From positions 186,001 through 250,000 of the IMG/VR virus record IMGVR_UViG_3300049217_000071: 64,000 bases of DNA, one strand, 5' to 3'. The position numbers were made by a program, and so were the translations under genes. The notes beneath the pieces are model-generated. The model searched no databases. It was not told the origin of the DNA and saw nothing but the letters and a program-made list of their open reading frames with translations. Positions 1 through 9,503 of the stretch are shown piece after piece (the first letter of the stretch is position 1; every line of letters begins with the position of its first letter).

Positions 1-56
1 CGGAGAGGATATTTACGTATCTCTTTCCAAACTAACATAACGGAGGCTCATGTAGA

Positions 57-82
57 TTATCATGTCAAAGAAAACATGATAA
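57..82. promoter_or_regulatory. Perfect 9-bp inverted repeat TTATCATGT-N8-ACATGATAA upstream of the R-M genes (possible operator)
   Basis: Seen directly; a third TCATGT lies at 48-53. Confidence 0.45.
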
Positions 83-152
83 ATTCGTTTCATTCTATCA
101 TTAGTTTAGCATATATTTCATACACTTACGTTTCGGAGGTTCAACAGTTCAT

Positions 153-881
153 ATGAGCGGTTCGGATAAGTTACGACAGACGATTACAGATAACAAGATT
201 GGTAACGCAAAGGCTCAGAAAGTAGAAAAGGAAGTAGTTGCTGCTACGCGAAAAGCTGTAAAGAAAATGCAAGCTACACATTCAGATTATACGTTTCTTT
301 GGGAAGAAGAGCTGAAGAAATTTGATATACACGCCCATTTGAGAGATCAGTTTTCTGATCCGGCAGTCGGATCAAATTTGACTGTGAATGAGAGTGGAAT
401 CAAGCCAGATGGAGGTTTTCTTTTTCTAGTTGCGCCGGGCAAGCGTAAGTTCCTGTTAGGTGCTGTGGAAGCTAAAAAGCAAGGAACTAACGACGTGAGA
501 GCGGAAGAGGGGAAAGATAAACAAGCACGCGGAAATGCTATTGAAAGAACTTGCAAGAATTATGTTGAGATCGCAAACGCTTTCCTAGGTGAGGATATCT
601 TCTCCTATCTCATTTTCATGAGAGGCTGTGATCTAGAGGACCTTGACTCCTCTATTAGAGACAGGGTAACCAACATGAATCTAGGGTGCCCATTCAATGA
701 GCTATATGTAGATAAAATTGCAGACAAGATGGGAAAATTACATCCAAGGGCGAGTTTGTTTGTGGGAATTACTGACGTTGAGGCTATGTCAGAAAAGATA
801 TTCGAAATGTTAGAAGCCTCCATGAAATATTACTTAAACAAGTATGCGGGAGAGTTTAATGACGCTACTCAACGAAAATGA
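153..881 (+). CDS. EcoRI-family type II restriction endonuclease
   Basis: IKPDGG, EAKKQG, GNAIERxxKN and EIANxF match EcoRI catalytic and recognition motifs; GGAGG SD. Confidence 0.85.
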   Translation: MSGSDKLRQTITDNKIGNAKAQKVEKEVVAATRKAVKKMQATHSDYTFLWEEELKKFDIHAHLRDQFSDPAVGSNLTVNESGIKPDGGFLFLVAPGKRKFLLGAVEAKKQGTNDVRAEEGKDKQARGNAIERTCKNYVEIANAFLGEDIFSYLIFMRGCDLEDLDSSIRDRVTNMNLGCPFNELYVDKIADKMGKLHPRASLFVGITDVEAMSEKIFEMLEASMKYYLNKYAGEFNDATQRK

Positions 882-1965
882 GAATTATCTATCAGAGCAA
901 CTCATTACCTACATCGGCAATAAAAGAAAGCTGCTCAATTTTATTGAGACTGCCGTTCTCAAAGTCAAAGAAGATTTAGGAAAGGATAAACTGTCTCTAT
1001 TAGACGGTCTGGCTGGCTCAGGAGTTGTTAGTCGAGCCTTTAAGAAGCACGCTTCAATTCTTTACTCGAACGACTTAGAGTATTACTCATATATAATTGG
1101 ACAGTGCTATCTAACCAATGAATCAGATGTTCCACTCAAAGAATTGGGCACTCATATCGAACATTTAGAGAAAATAAAACTTCAGAATCGTAAAGGCATC
1201 ATGCGGAAGTTGTATTCTCCGCAAAACGACCAAGACATCAAAAAAGGGGAAAGAACTTTTTTCACTAATCGGAATGCCAAAATCATAGATAACGCCATGC
1301 ACTATATACATAGTAGTGATGTATCTGATAAGGTTAGACCATTTCTTCTTGCGCCGCTTCTATCAGAAGTCTCCATTCATGCTAATACCTCTGGTGTATT
1401 CAAAGGTTTTTACAAGAACTCTAAAACAGGCATAGGTCAATTTGGCGGTGATGGACAAAATGCACTCCAAAGAATACTGGGCGATATTGAAATCAAGAGC
1501 CCCGTTTTTAGTAATTTTTCGTGCCATTGTGAAATGTATAATCAGGATATAAATATTCTGGTTAAAAGTCTACCAGAAGTAGATTTGGCATATTATGATC
1601 CGCCATACAACCAACACCCATATGGTTCAAACTATTTCATGCTCAATATCGTAGCTAAAAATGAAGAACCACAAGAGGTGAGTGAAGTGTCTGGCATTCC
1701 TACTAATTGGAATAAATCAGCCTACAACAAAAGGAAAGAGGCTGAGATTTTTCTTGACGATCTTATCAAGAACACTAATGCTAAGTATGTTGCCCTGTCA
1801 TATAATGATGAGGGAATAATTCCAATTGACAAGATTAAAGACATACTATCTAATTATGGTACAACCTCTCTATTAGAGAAAGATTATAATACCTTTAGGG
1901 GTAGTAGAAATTTAAATGATAGAGACCTCAAAGTAAAAGAGATTCTCTTTTTACTTAAAAAGTAA
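859..1965 (+). CDS. N6-adenine DNA methyltransferase (D12 class, M.NlaIII/M.HpyI-like)
   Basis: YIGNKRKL, DGLAGSGVV, SNDLEYYS, DPPY; start 844 or 859. Confidence 0.9.
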   Translation: MTLLNENENYLSEQLITYIGNKRKLLNFIETAVLKVKEDLGKDKLSLLDGLAGSGVVSRAFKKHASILYSNDLEYYSYIIGQCYLTNESDVPLKELGTHIEHLEKIKLQNRKGIMRKLYSPQNDQDIKKGERTFFTNRNAKIIDNAMHYIHSSDVSDKVRPFLLAPLLSEVSIHANTSGVFKGFYKNSKTGIGQFGGDGQNALQRILGDIEIKSPVFSNFSCHCEMYNQDINILVKSLPEVDLAYYDPPYNQHPYGSNYFMLNIVAKNEEPQEVSEVSGIPTNWNKSAYNKRKEAEIFLDDLIKNTNAKYVALSYNDEGIIPIDKIKDILSNYGTTSLLEKDYNTFRGSRNLNDRDLKVKEILFLLKK

Positions 1966-1977
1966 TGGAAAGGTAAA

Positions 1978-2586
1978 ATGAATATTGTAGAAGATAAAGA
2001 GTTGAATCAAGTTTTGTGGGCTATTTTTGCCAAGAAATATCAGCAAGGGGTGACATTTAAGTGCCTCCATGTATCTGATTTCAAGGAGTCTTTTCAACTG
2101 AAAGCACAAGAGGTTTTCTTTACCCTATCCAATAAAAAATTGGTCAAATCTTATACAGATATTCGAGACTACGTAACGATAGGAGATTTTCAGTTTGCTG
2201 ATTTACGAGATTTGGCACTAAAGAATTTTTCTACTCAGACCAGAGAAATCATTTTTGACTACATCAGACGAGAATTTGCGAATGGTGTACGCGGACATTT
2301 TCAAGCTCATCCTTTCCTCCCCATGCAACTTGGTATTGTTAATAGCTGCCAGATAGTGAACTGCGTAAACGATAAGTGTGAAGATCATCGCTATAGGGAT
2401 ACGCTGAAAGATTTATCTAATTGTGGGGTGTTAGTTAGTGAATCTTCGATCAGATTTACAACTCCACATTTCCGGGATTTTGGATTGCATGAGCCGTCTC
2501 TTTATATTAGGCATTTGTTAGATGTAGCTCCCGCTGATTCCCGATTGTATAGCGATATGCTTTCCTTTCCTCAAAGTTTGGTGTAA
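1978..2586 (+). CDS. Hypothetical protein
   Basis: 202-aa ORF with SD-like AAGG, coupled to the next gene. Confidence 0.6.
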   Translation: MNIVEDKELNQVLWAIFAKKYQQGVTFKCLHVSDFKESFQLKAQEVFFTLSNKKLVKSYTDIRDYVTIGDFQFADLRDLALKNFSTQTREIIFDYIRREFANGVRGHFQAHPFLPMQLGIVNSCQIVNCVNDKCEDHRYRDTLKDLSNCGVLVSESSIRFTTPHFRDFGLHEPSLYIRHLLDVAPADSRLYSDMLSFPQSLV

Positions 2587-3404
2587 TGAAAACGTGTTCT
2601 AAGTGCGGTCATCCCAAAGATGATGAATGTTTTAGTAAGGACGGTCATGGCGGTCGTAAAGCGCAATGCCAAGACTGCGACAAACAGTATCGTCTTGATC
2701 ACAAAGCAGAACAACAAGCCTACGATAAACAGTATTATCAGGATAAGAAAAAGCCGCTTTATGAAGCTAATAAGCCTCTTTTCAAAGAAAAGAATGCCAG
2801 GTATTACCAAGAGAATAGAGAAGACATTATAGACAGGGTTCGTGAATATGCGGACAAGAACGCGGACAAAGTCAAAGAAAGTCGAAAGCAGTATTACGAG
2901 GATAATAAAGATGTCATACTTGAAAAACAGGGCGTCTACTATGAAAGTAATTTTGGCAGGATCAGACTTGTTAAAGAGGCTTATCGACTTACCCATAAAA
3001 AAGAGCGCAATAAGAATCAAAAAGCGAGATATGAAAATGATCCGGTTTTTAGATTAAGGATGAACCTATCTACTGCGATATCTGGTTTCTTGAAAAGAGG
3101 CGGCTCTTCCAAAAATGGAAACTCGTGTTCAGAGCATTTGTCTTACACAATGAGTGAGTTGAAAGATCATCTCGAAAAACAATTTGAGCCGTGGATGACC
3201 TGGAACAATCAAGGACGATATAATCGTGAGAGCTGGGATGATAATGATCCGACCACTTGGACATGGCAAATTGATCACATCATCCCGCATTCTTCTCTGC
3301 CATATACAGATATGAGTGATGATAACTTCAAGAAGTGTTGGGCGCTAGAAAACTTACGCCCACTATCAGCAAAGCAAAACCTAATTGATGGGAACAGAAG
3401 ATAA
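2586..3404 (+). CDS. HNH-type homing endonuclease with N-terminal Cys4 ribbon and Y/K/E-rich helical region
   Basis: CSKC..CQDC; WQIDHIIP...NLRPLSAKQN. Confidence 0.75.
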   Translation: MKTCSKCGHPKDDECFSKDGHGGRKAQCQDCDKQYRLDHKAEQQAYDKQYYQDKKKPLYEANKPLFKEKNARYYQENREDIIDRVREYADKNADKVKESRKQYYEDNKDVILEKQGVYYESNFGRIRLVKEAYRLTHKKERNKNQKARYENDPVFRLRMNLSTAISGFLKRGGSSKNGNSCSEHLSYTMSELKDHLEKQFEPWMTWNNQGRYNRESWDDNDPTTWTWQIDHIIPHSSLPYTDMSDDNFKKCWALENLRPLSAKQNLIDGNRR

Positions 3405-3913
3405 TGTCTAAGAAGACGCTATTATTAAATGCAAGTTATGAGGTATTAAGCTTTATCCATGAGAGAAAAGTCTTCAAGCTCTTGTTCAAGGATAAGGTTG
3501 AAGTCATCTCTACTTGGGAGGATGTTGTCGTGTGGGGAACCGGCAAAGTCAAGCACCCGTCTATCTTGAGATTGAAGAACCACGTCAAACGCAATTACTT
3601 CAACTCTAACTTCAGTCGTAAGGCTCTAGTCAAAAGAGACAGAAACACCTGTCAATACTGTGGTAGGAAGCTGACGGCATCTCAAATCACCATTGACCAT
3701 GTGCTGCCAAGAGCACAAGGGGGCATTACGTCCTTCGTCAACTGTGTGGTGGCTTGCCAAATCTGCAACAATAAGAAGGCTGCTCAAACGCCGGATCAGG
3801 CAGGAATGAAGTTATTGCGAAAGCCTACCCATCCTTCCTTTTCTGCCCAGTATTATGTGGCAGATCCGCAAGAACATTGGCACGCCGATTGGGACGATTT
3901 TATGACCGGCTAA
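3404..3913 (+). CDS. HNH endonuclease (McrA-like)
   Basis: LLLNASYE; RDRNTCQYCG..TIDHVLPRAQGG..NCVVACQICNNKK. Confidence 0.9.
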   Translation: MSKKTLLLNASYEVLSFIHERKVFKLLFKDKVEVISTWEDVVVWGTGKVKHPSILRLKNHVKRNYFNSNFSRKALVKRDRNTCQYCGRKLTASQITIDHVLPRAQGGITSFVNCVVACQICNNKKAAQTPDQAGMKLLRKPTHPSFSAQYYVADPQEHWHADWDDFMTG

Positions 3914-3954
3914 TGTCTTTATGTCAATGGATATGCATATATTGATATCAGGAT

Positions 3955-4419
3955 ATGATAAACGAAGACATAAAGACTTGTATAGTATGTAAGTCGCTTA
4001 AACCCATCGCTATGTTTAATAAGAACAAGAACAATAGCGATGGGCACTCTAATTTTTGCAGAGAGTGCGGAAAGATTTACAATAAAACATACTACACAAA
4101 CAACAAGAGAAAATCACACGACAAACGAAACCAATACAGAAGGAAACAAAGACGGCTCAACAAAAAATTTGTTTTGACCTTTCTGAAAGAGCACGGCTGC
4201 ACAGATTGTCCTGAAAAAGACCCGATAGTATTAGAGTTTGATCACGTTACTGGAATCAAGACTAACAATATCTGCACTATGATAGCCGAGGGTCGTTCGC
4301 TCGTGACGTTGGCTGATGAGATTGCTAAATGTGAAGTTAGGTGCGCTAACTGTCATAAAAGAAAAACCGCTAAAGAACAAAACTGGTGTAAGTTAGATGA
4401 AGATTACTTAGAGAAGTGA
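3955..4419 (+). CDS. HNH endonuclease
   Basis: CIVC..CREC; CTDC..LEFDHV..EIAKCEVRCANCH. Confidence 0.8.
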   Translation: MINEDIKTCIVCKSLKPIAMFNKNKNNSDGHSNFCRECGKIYNKTYYTNNKRKSHDKRNQYRRKQRRLNKKFVLTFLKEHGCTDCPEKDPIVLEFDHVTGIKTNNICTMIAEGRSLVTLADEIAKCEVRCANCHKRKTAKEQNWCKLDEDYLEK

Positions 4420-4667
4420 GAAATAAAATGCAAGATAGAAAAACAGATGTCGCACTAGACAAGCTTGTAGAATTTGGTCATATTGCAGGTTATCATTATA
4501 CTATGATTGAAGATGAACCGGGCTCTGGTAGTCGAGAAACCGAAAGACTGGTGTTGATTTTCAACAACGGTTTCGCTCTCAAAATTAACACGTTCTGCTC
4601 TGGTAGTGCGGAGAATACGGTAATGGAATTTGATACAAAACCCATTATTGAGGGCTTTGATGATTGA
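4416..4667 (+). CDS. Hypothetical protein
   Basis: 83-aa ORF with GTGA overlap. Confidence 0.5.
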   Translation: MRNKMQDRKTDVALDKLVEFGHIAGYHYTMIEDEPGSGSRETERLVLIFNNGFALKINTFCSGSAENTVMEFDTKPIIEGFDD

Positions 4668-4696
4668 GGTTGGTTTATGACTGGGTAAACCTGAGA

Positions 4697-4724
4697 AAGG
4701 GGATAATCAAAAGATTATCCCCTT
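4697..4724. terminator. Perfect 12-bp hairpin AAGGGGATAATC-aaaa-GATTATCCCCTT
   Basis: Intergenic stem-loop after the accessory operon; weak U-tract. Confidence 0.6.
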
Positions 4725-4780
4725 ACTTCGGTCAATAATAAGGAATACCTATATACTTTCTCCGATATATAGGAAGCACC

Positions 4781-5044
4781 ATGACCCAGGTAAGCGCTTG
4801 TAACTGCATTGTTTGTGCCAAGGAGTTCGATCCCGAAGAACTTCAGAGCGTTGCTCTGTCCAAAATCAATGTTACACGCTTCAAGATTTGTCAGGCCTGT
4901 TTAGATCAGTGCGACCCTACGGAAGATTACCGTGAAGCTCGCGATTTAGTGTCATCCTATCTCTGGTTTGCAGAGACTAAGGGTATGTTCAAGCAAGCTG
5001 CCGATATCCTCGATGATTTGTCTTCTAAGAAGAAATCAGAATAA
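4781..5044 (+). CDS. Small Zn-finger protein
   Basis: CIVC..CQAC; CGATATAT motif 10 nt upstream. Confidence 0.6.
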   Translation: MTQVSACNCIVCAKEFDPEELQSVALSKINVTRFKICQACLDQCDPTEDYREARDLVSSYLWFAETKGMFKQAADILDDLSSKKKSE

Positions 5045-5188
5045 TTCAATCACGATCATATAAGGTTCTTCTTCAACCTTCTCTTGCTTTTGAGGGGGTG
5101 GCGGCGGTTCCAACTCAATCTGAAGTTGTTCCGGTTCGTCTTGCTTCTTTTTCTTTATTTGGTGAATATAAGGAAAGAAATCATTCAT
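5036..5188 (-). CDS. Small protein missing from the ORF track (50 aa, MNDFFPYIHQIKKKKQDEPEQLQIELEPPPPPQ...)
   Basis: GAGGTG SD, fills the intergenic gap, TAAT-N6-TCAT motif upstream. Confidence 0.6.
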   Translation of the reverse strand: MNDFFPYIHQIKKKKQDEPEQLQIELEPPPPPQKQEKVEEEPYMIVIELF

Positions 5189-5226
5189 TGAACACCTCTA
5201 TACGGATATGATAGAATATTAGCAAG

Positions 5227-5424
5227 ATGATGTGCGCAGCTTGCTCCAAATTAGCCTTTCTCTATACCAAGAAACCTTGTCGTCGTTGTTCGTCCGTAGT
5301 TTTGATAACCATTGCCGTCTTGTGCGAGGTTTGCTCTCTAAACGATCGAATATGCTCGGTGTGCTTGAAAAAGGTGCCTAATTTGTCTAACCGTAATCGC
5401 GGTTGTGGATGCGGCAAGAAGTGA
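5227..5424 (+). CDS. Cys-rich small Zn-binding protein
   Basis: Four CxxC pairs plus a GCGCG tail in 65 aa. Confidence 0.6.
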   Translation: MMCAACSKLAFLYTKKPCRRCSSVVLITIAVLCEVCSLNDRICSVCLKKVPNLSNRNRGCGCGKK

Positions 5425-5443
5425 TCGGATATATAAGTAAGAG

Positions 5444-5983
5444 ATGATAATCACTAATAACGAAGACCTTCTACGAGTCAAATGTGATCCCGTCACTTCA
5501 GACGAAGTTGGGGCTCTAATAGAGACCTTAGAGAAGGAACTAGAATATGCTAATCGTTTGGGAAAGGGCGGCATTGGTTTGGCAGCTTCGCAGATTGGTC
5601 TTGCCAAAGACATTGCCATCGTGCGTCTTCCCAAAGTTAGCTTCAATCTGGTCAATGCCAGGTTAGAAAAAGGATTTGATCAGGCCCTCTTTACAGAGGA
5701 AGGTTGCCTCTCATTCCCTGGTCGTGTAGAGGACACTCTCCGATTTCAGGAAGTATACATCGTCAACAATCTGGTGGAGCCCCATACCTTGGTGGCTACC
5801 GGATTGGTAGCAGTGGTGTGTCAGCACGAATTAGATCATTGCAACTCTACCCTTTTTATGGATCGTGCCGCCCCTAAACTGGAGGTGGACGCGCCCCTTG
5901 TTCGTTCTACTGTCAAAGTAGGCCCCAACGAAAAATGCCCCTGCAACTCGGGCAAAAAATACAAGAGATGTTGCGGAAGGTAA
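5444..5983 (+). CDS. def: Peptide deformylase with C-terminal SEC-C motif
   Basis: GIGLAASQ, EGCLS, QHELDH; KVGPNEKCPCNSGKKYKRCC. Confidence 0.95.
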   Translation: MIITNNEDLLRVKCDPVTSDEVGALIETLEKELEYANRLGKGGIGLAASQIGLAKDIAIVRLPKVSFNLVNARLEKGFDQALFTEEGCLSFPGRVEDTLRFQEVYIVNNLVEPHTLVATGLVAVVCQHELDHCNSTLFMDRAAPKLEVDAPLVRSTVKVGPNEKCPCNSGKKYKRCCGR

Positions 5984-5985
5984 TT

Positions 5986-6228
5986 ATGACTGACAAGACC
6001 GGAAAGAAAAACATAACTAGTGATGTGATGTTGGCAGACCTAATGTTGCGCGTGACTTCTTTGGAATCCATACTTATTGCTAAAGGCATTTTTACCAAGG
6101 AAGAATTTTCTGCTGTCAATGAGGAAATTGCCAAGAAAGTTGCTAAGATTGTTTTAGAGCAAAATAAAACTCCTAAAGAAGCTGATGAGTTTATTGCTAA
6201 TTTCGAGGCCAATAAAGATAAGAACTAA
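5986..6228 (+). CDS. Hypothetical protein
   Basis: ATG at 5986 (MTDKTGK) just after the def stop. Confidence 0.55.
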   Translation: MTDKTGKKNITSDVMLADLMLRVTSLESILIAKGIFTKEEFSAVNEEIAKKVAKIVLEQNKTPKEADEFIANFEANKDKN

Positions 6229-6230
6229 TA

Positions 6231-6539
6231 ATGCTATTCATTACGCAGGAGGAAGAAATACAGATGAATACTCCTGTGCAAGCATTATATTTCTATGCAC
6301 CTTGGATGCCATTCCATCATAGATTTATGAAGTTGATTGATAATGTAGAAGGAAAACATAAGGAACTACATTTTTTTGCTATTGATGTAGATCAATTTGA
6401 TAGTCAGTGCAAGCGTTTTTCTATTGACTCCGTTCCGACCGTTCTAATTCTGAAAAATGGTAAGGAGGTCGATAGGATCGGTGGATTGGTTCTAACTGCT
6501 CCTTTCGAGCGCGCTTTTGCTGATATATGTGATCATTGA
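6231..6539 (+). CDS. Thioredoxin-fold protein lacking CxxC
   Basis: FYAPW(MPFH), IDVD, SVPTVLILKNGKEVDRIGG. Confidence 0.8.
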   Translation: MLFITQEEEIQMNTPVQALYFYAPWMPFHHRFMKLIDNVEGKHKELHFFAIDVDQFDSQCKRFSIDSVPTVLILKNGKEVDRIGGLVLTAPFERAFADICDH

Positions 6540-6560
6540 ATCGTATAAACGGAGAAACCT

Positions 6561-7028
6561 ATGCCTAAGAAGACCGCTAAGAAAACCAAGAAAAACACCA
6601 AGAGAATCGTGAAGAAAGCTGCCAAGAAGGCCACCAAGAAAGTGACTAAGAAGGTAGTTCGCAAGAGTAAGCCGACCGTGGTAGCAACCCCGCAAGTTGT
6701 GGTAGCACCTCCAGTTGTTGTAGAAACTCCTGTGGTTCCCGTAGCTCCACCTCCCCCTCCAGCGCCGGTGCCCGTTCCTATGTCTAATATGATTTGGAAC
6801 GAGATCGAAAATATGCCTCTGCAAATGTTTGGTTTGCCAGGACAAACTGTTGCAATGCATTGCACGCCAGTGCCTATTGAGCCTAGCAAGCTGTATGTGT
6901 CAATTCGATCTCAAGCCACTTTACCAGCTTTAGAGACGGCTTTGTCCGATAGATTCATAGTTGAAATGGTTGACAAGTGGGTAGCCATTGCACTCAAGCC
7001 GCAGCCTTTGACTCCGGCCAAGAGATAA
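6561..7028 (+). CDS. Hypothetical protein with Lys/Ala-rich histone-H1-like N-terminus and Pro-rich linker
   Basis: KKTAKKTKK..KKAAKKATKK; GGAGA SD. Confidence 0.65.
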   Translation: MPKKTAKKTKKNTKRIVKKAAKKATKKVTKKVVRKSKPTVVATPQVVVAPPVVVETPVVPVAPPPPPAPVPVPMSNMIWNEIENMPLQMFGLPGQTVAMHCTPVPIEPSKLYVSIRSQATLPALETALSDRFIVEMVDKWVAIALKPQPLTPAKR

Positions 7029-7043
7029 TCCCATTGAGGTTGT

Positions 7044-7541
7044 ATGCCATTTGACGAGAAAAAAGAATATACCCCTAAGCAAACGCTGAAGCAAATGCCC
7101 GGCCAGAAGTCGATGTTTGATAACAAACCTCGCCCTCCGACCCAGCAAGAATTTCAGCAGCAGGTGCAAGAATCTCAAGATCAAGTGGCCGGCTATAAGA
7201 AGCGTGCAGCTGAATTGTTTATGCAGTTCAACAAACTAATGGCTGATAAGACGATTCCACGGAATAAGAATATTTTAAATATGGAAACAGAAAAAGAGTT
7301 GATTGGGAATATGGTCAAACTAGCCCAAGCAATGAACCGGGATCCCAATGAACAAGAGGGAGACGGAACTCTTACTTGGGTGATCGCCCTTCTTACTACT
7401 ACGTTGAGACAGCGTGATAGAATCAATGAATTAGAATACTCTCTCAGCTCATTGCAGAAAAAATTGGAATCAACCGCTTTTACTGACTACATAAACAAAG
7501 AAATAAACAAAGCGCTTGACAAACGAAAATCCAATGAATAA
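7044..7541 (+). CDS. Hypothetical coiled-coil protein
   Basis: GAGG SD, 165 aa. Confidence 0.6.
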   Translation: MPFDEKKEYTPKQTLKQMPGQKSMFDNKPRPPTQQEFQQQVQESQDQVAGYKKRAAELFMQFNKLMADKTIPRNKNILNMETEKELIGNMVKLAQAMNRDPNEQEGDGTLTWVIALLTTTLRQRDRINELEYSLSSLQKKLESTAFTDYINKEINKALDKRKSNE

Positions 7542-7611
7542 GTTGGCATTTGTGGGAGTTTAGTATGCTCCACAACTATTTTCTGATTATCAATTTTTGG
7601 GAAATGCAAGC

Positions 7612-7791
7612 ATGACGCCCAAGGAACTACTTCTGTCTTTAGTTGCGGAAGAGAAAGAGCGTTATGGGGAGTATTCGCAATTATGTGCCCTCTATCAAGT
7701 CCAACCAGACCCGTTAGTAACGGCGAGACATCTTGGGAAACTGGAGATCCTACAGCTTCTGTTGCGGGAGAAAACTCTTATCAAGACATAA
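7612..7791 (+). CDS. Hypothetical small protein
   Basis: MTPKELLL.. ORF overlapping the next gene; start uncertain. Confidence 0.4.
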   Translation: MTPKELLLSLVAEEKERYGEYSQLCALYQVQPDPLVTARHLGKLEILQLLLREKTLIKT

Positions 7792-8303
7792 CTAATTTAG
7801 CCGACTCGGTTCCTCTAGAATTTGTCTTGCGTCATTACGGCATAGCCATCAGTCCTCATGCCAACATTACTTGTCCTTTCAAGTCGCATAAGGGCGGTCG
7901 AGAGAGCACCGGCTCTTTTAGATTCTATCCAGATCGCAATGCTTACAAATGTTATGGTTGCGGATCTTATGGTCATACCTGTAGCTTTGTGGCCATTATG
8001 GATAAGTGTAGCAGGCACGCCGCTGCTACTAAGATTTTGCGATTGTTTGGTTCGGACGCAGATCCCGATAAGATTCCAGATACCATCAACTCGCCAGAGC
8101 GATTAGAAATAATGATGGACTTTTCCAATACTGTTAGGGATTTCCGCCAGGCGTACACGGACGCTAAATCACAAGAGTTTATAGAGTTCGTATGTCGGGT
8201 ATATGATCGACACAACCTGAAGCATAAGAACCTCGATAATGAGGCTTTGCGCCGCCTGGTTGAGACGATCAAAGAGAAAATCACTCTACACACCCCACAA
8301 TAA
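7683..8303 (+). CDS. CHC2 zinc-finger protein (DnaG zinc-binding-domain-like)
   Basis: CPFKSH..E.TGSF..YKCYGCG; start uncertain. Confidence 0.8.
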   Translation: MCPLSSPTRPVSNGETSWETGDPTASVAGENSYQDITNLADSVPLEFVLRHYGIAISPHANITCPFKSHKGGRESTGSFRFYPDRNAYKCYGCGSYGHTCSFVAIMDKCSRHAAATKILRLFGSDADPDKIPDTINSPERLEIMMDFSNTVRDFRQAYTDAKSQEFIEFVCRVYDRHNLKHKNLDNEALRRLVETIKEKITLHTPQ

Positions 8304-8309
8304 GGTTGA

Positions 8310-9503
8310 ATGCAAGCTATCATTCTAGGTGATCCACACGTAGGTAAAGGGCTGTCCATTGGCAAGTCTGGCATCGGGGCCACGCTCAATAGTCGCATTG
8401 TCGATCAACTCAATCTGTTGGATTGGACGCTGGAACGTGCCATTGAGTATCATGTGGATCACATTATCATCACAGGCGATGTTTTCGAGGATCCTAAGCC
8501 GCTGCCCTCACTCATCACACATTTTATAGCGTGGCTCAAGAAATGTCAAGTGTACGGTATTCATGTCCACATCGTGATGGGCAACCACGATGTCTTCCGC
8601 AATGGGTTCGTCTACAACTCTACGCTGGATATTATCAGCGAAGTGGATTTGGATAACGTAGATGTCTATAAGGACATCAACACCATTACGATTGGGACGA
8701 CCGCTTTTACATTGGTCCCTTATCGTGATAGAAAAGCTTTTAGTGTTCCATCTAACGCAGAAGCCATTGCGTTGGTGCGAGATAGCCTTGTCTACGAACT
8801 GGCCGCTATACCCATCACCTATCGCAAGGTATTGATAGGTCATTTAGCCATCGAGGGTTCTATCCCGGTGGGTGATGAAATTGATGATCTAACCAACGAA
8901 CTATTCTGCCCCCTGGATATGTTCCAAGGATACGATTATGTGTGGATGGGTCACGTCCATAAGCCACAGGTAATGCAGAAAGCTAATCCATACATTGCTC
9001 ATATCGGTAGTATGGATATCTCCAACTTTGGTGAGACCGACCACAAAAAGCATATCGTCATTTTCAACTGTGATGAAGATAATGGATGGATTGCCGAGGA
9101 TCTGCCGACTCGCCAGCTCAAGAAGGTGGCTATCACCGTCCCCAAAGACACGGAAGACACAACTGCTTACGTTCTGGATGAACTGAAGAAATTGGGCTCG
9201 GTGGACAAGGCCATCGTCAGAGTGGAGATCGGCCTGGGCGCTCCTGAGCTAACGTCGGTCAATAAATCTACTATTGAGAAGTATTTGTCTTCCCAAGGTG
9301 CCTTCAACATTACCGGCATTTCCGAATCCAGAAAATTGGCCCTCATCAAGAAGGACATCAATAACACTATCGATACTAAGATGGATGTGCCAGCCGCTAT
9401 CAAGACTTATGGTCAGACCTATGTGCCAGACAAAGAAAGACCAGCCTTCATTGAGTTGGCTATGGAGATTCATAATCTCTATAAGATGGAGGGTAAAGAA
9501 TGA
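8310..9503 (+). CDS. sbcD: SbcD/Mre11-like nuclease
   Basis: GDPHVG, TGDVFE, GNHD, GHL, MGHVHK. Confidence 0.9.
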   Translation: MQAIILGDPHVGKGLSIGKSGIGATLNSRIVDQLNLLDWTLERAIEYHVDHIIITGDVFEDPKPLPSLITHFIAWLKKCQVYGIHVHIVMGNHDVFRNGFVYNSTLDIISEVDLDNVDVYKDINTITIGTTAFTLVPYRDRKAFSVPSNAEAIALVRDSLVYELAAIPITYRKVLIGHLAIEGSIPVGDEIDDLTNELFCPLDMFQGYDYVWMGHVHKPQVMQKANPYIAHIGSMDISNFGETDHKKHIVIFNCDEDNGWIAEDLPTRQLKKVAITVPKDTEDTTAYVLDELKKLGSVDKAIVRVEIGLGAPELTSVNKSTIEKYLSSQGAFNITGISESRKLALIKKDINNTIDTKMDVPAAIKTYGQTYVPDKERPAFIELAMEIHNLYKMEGKE

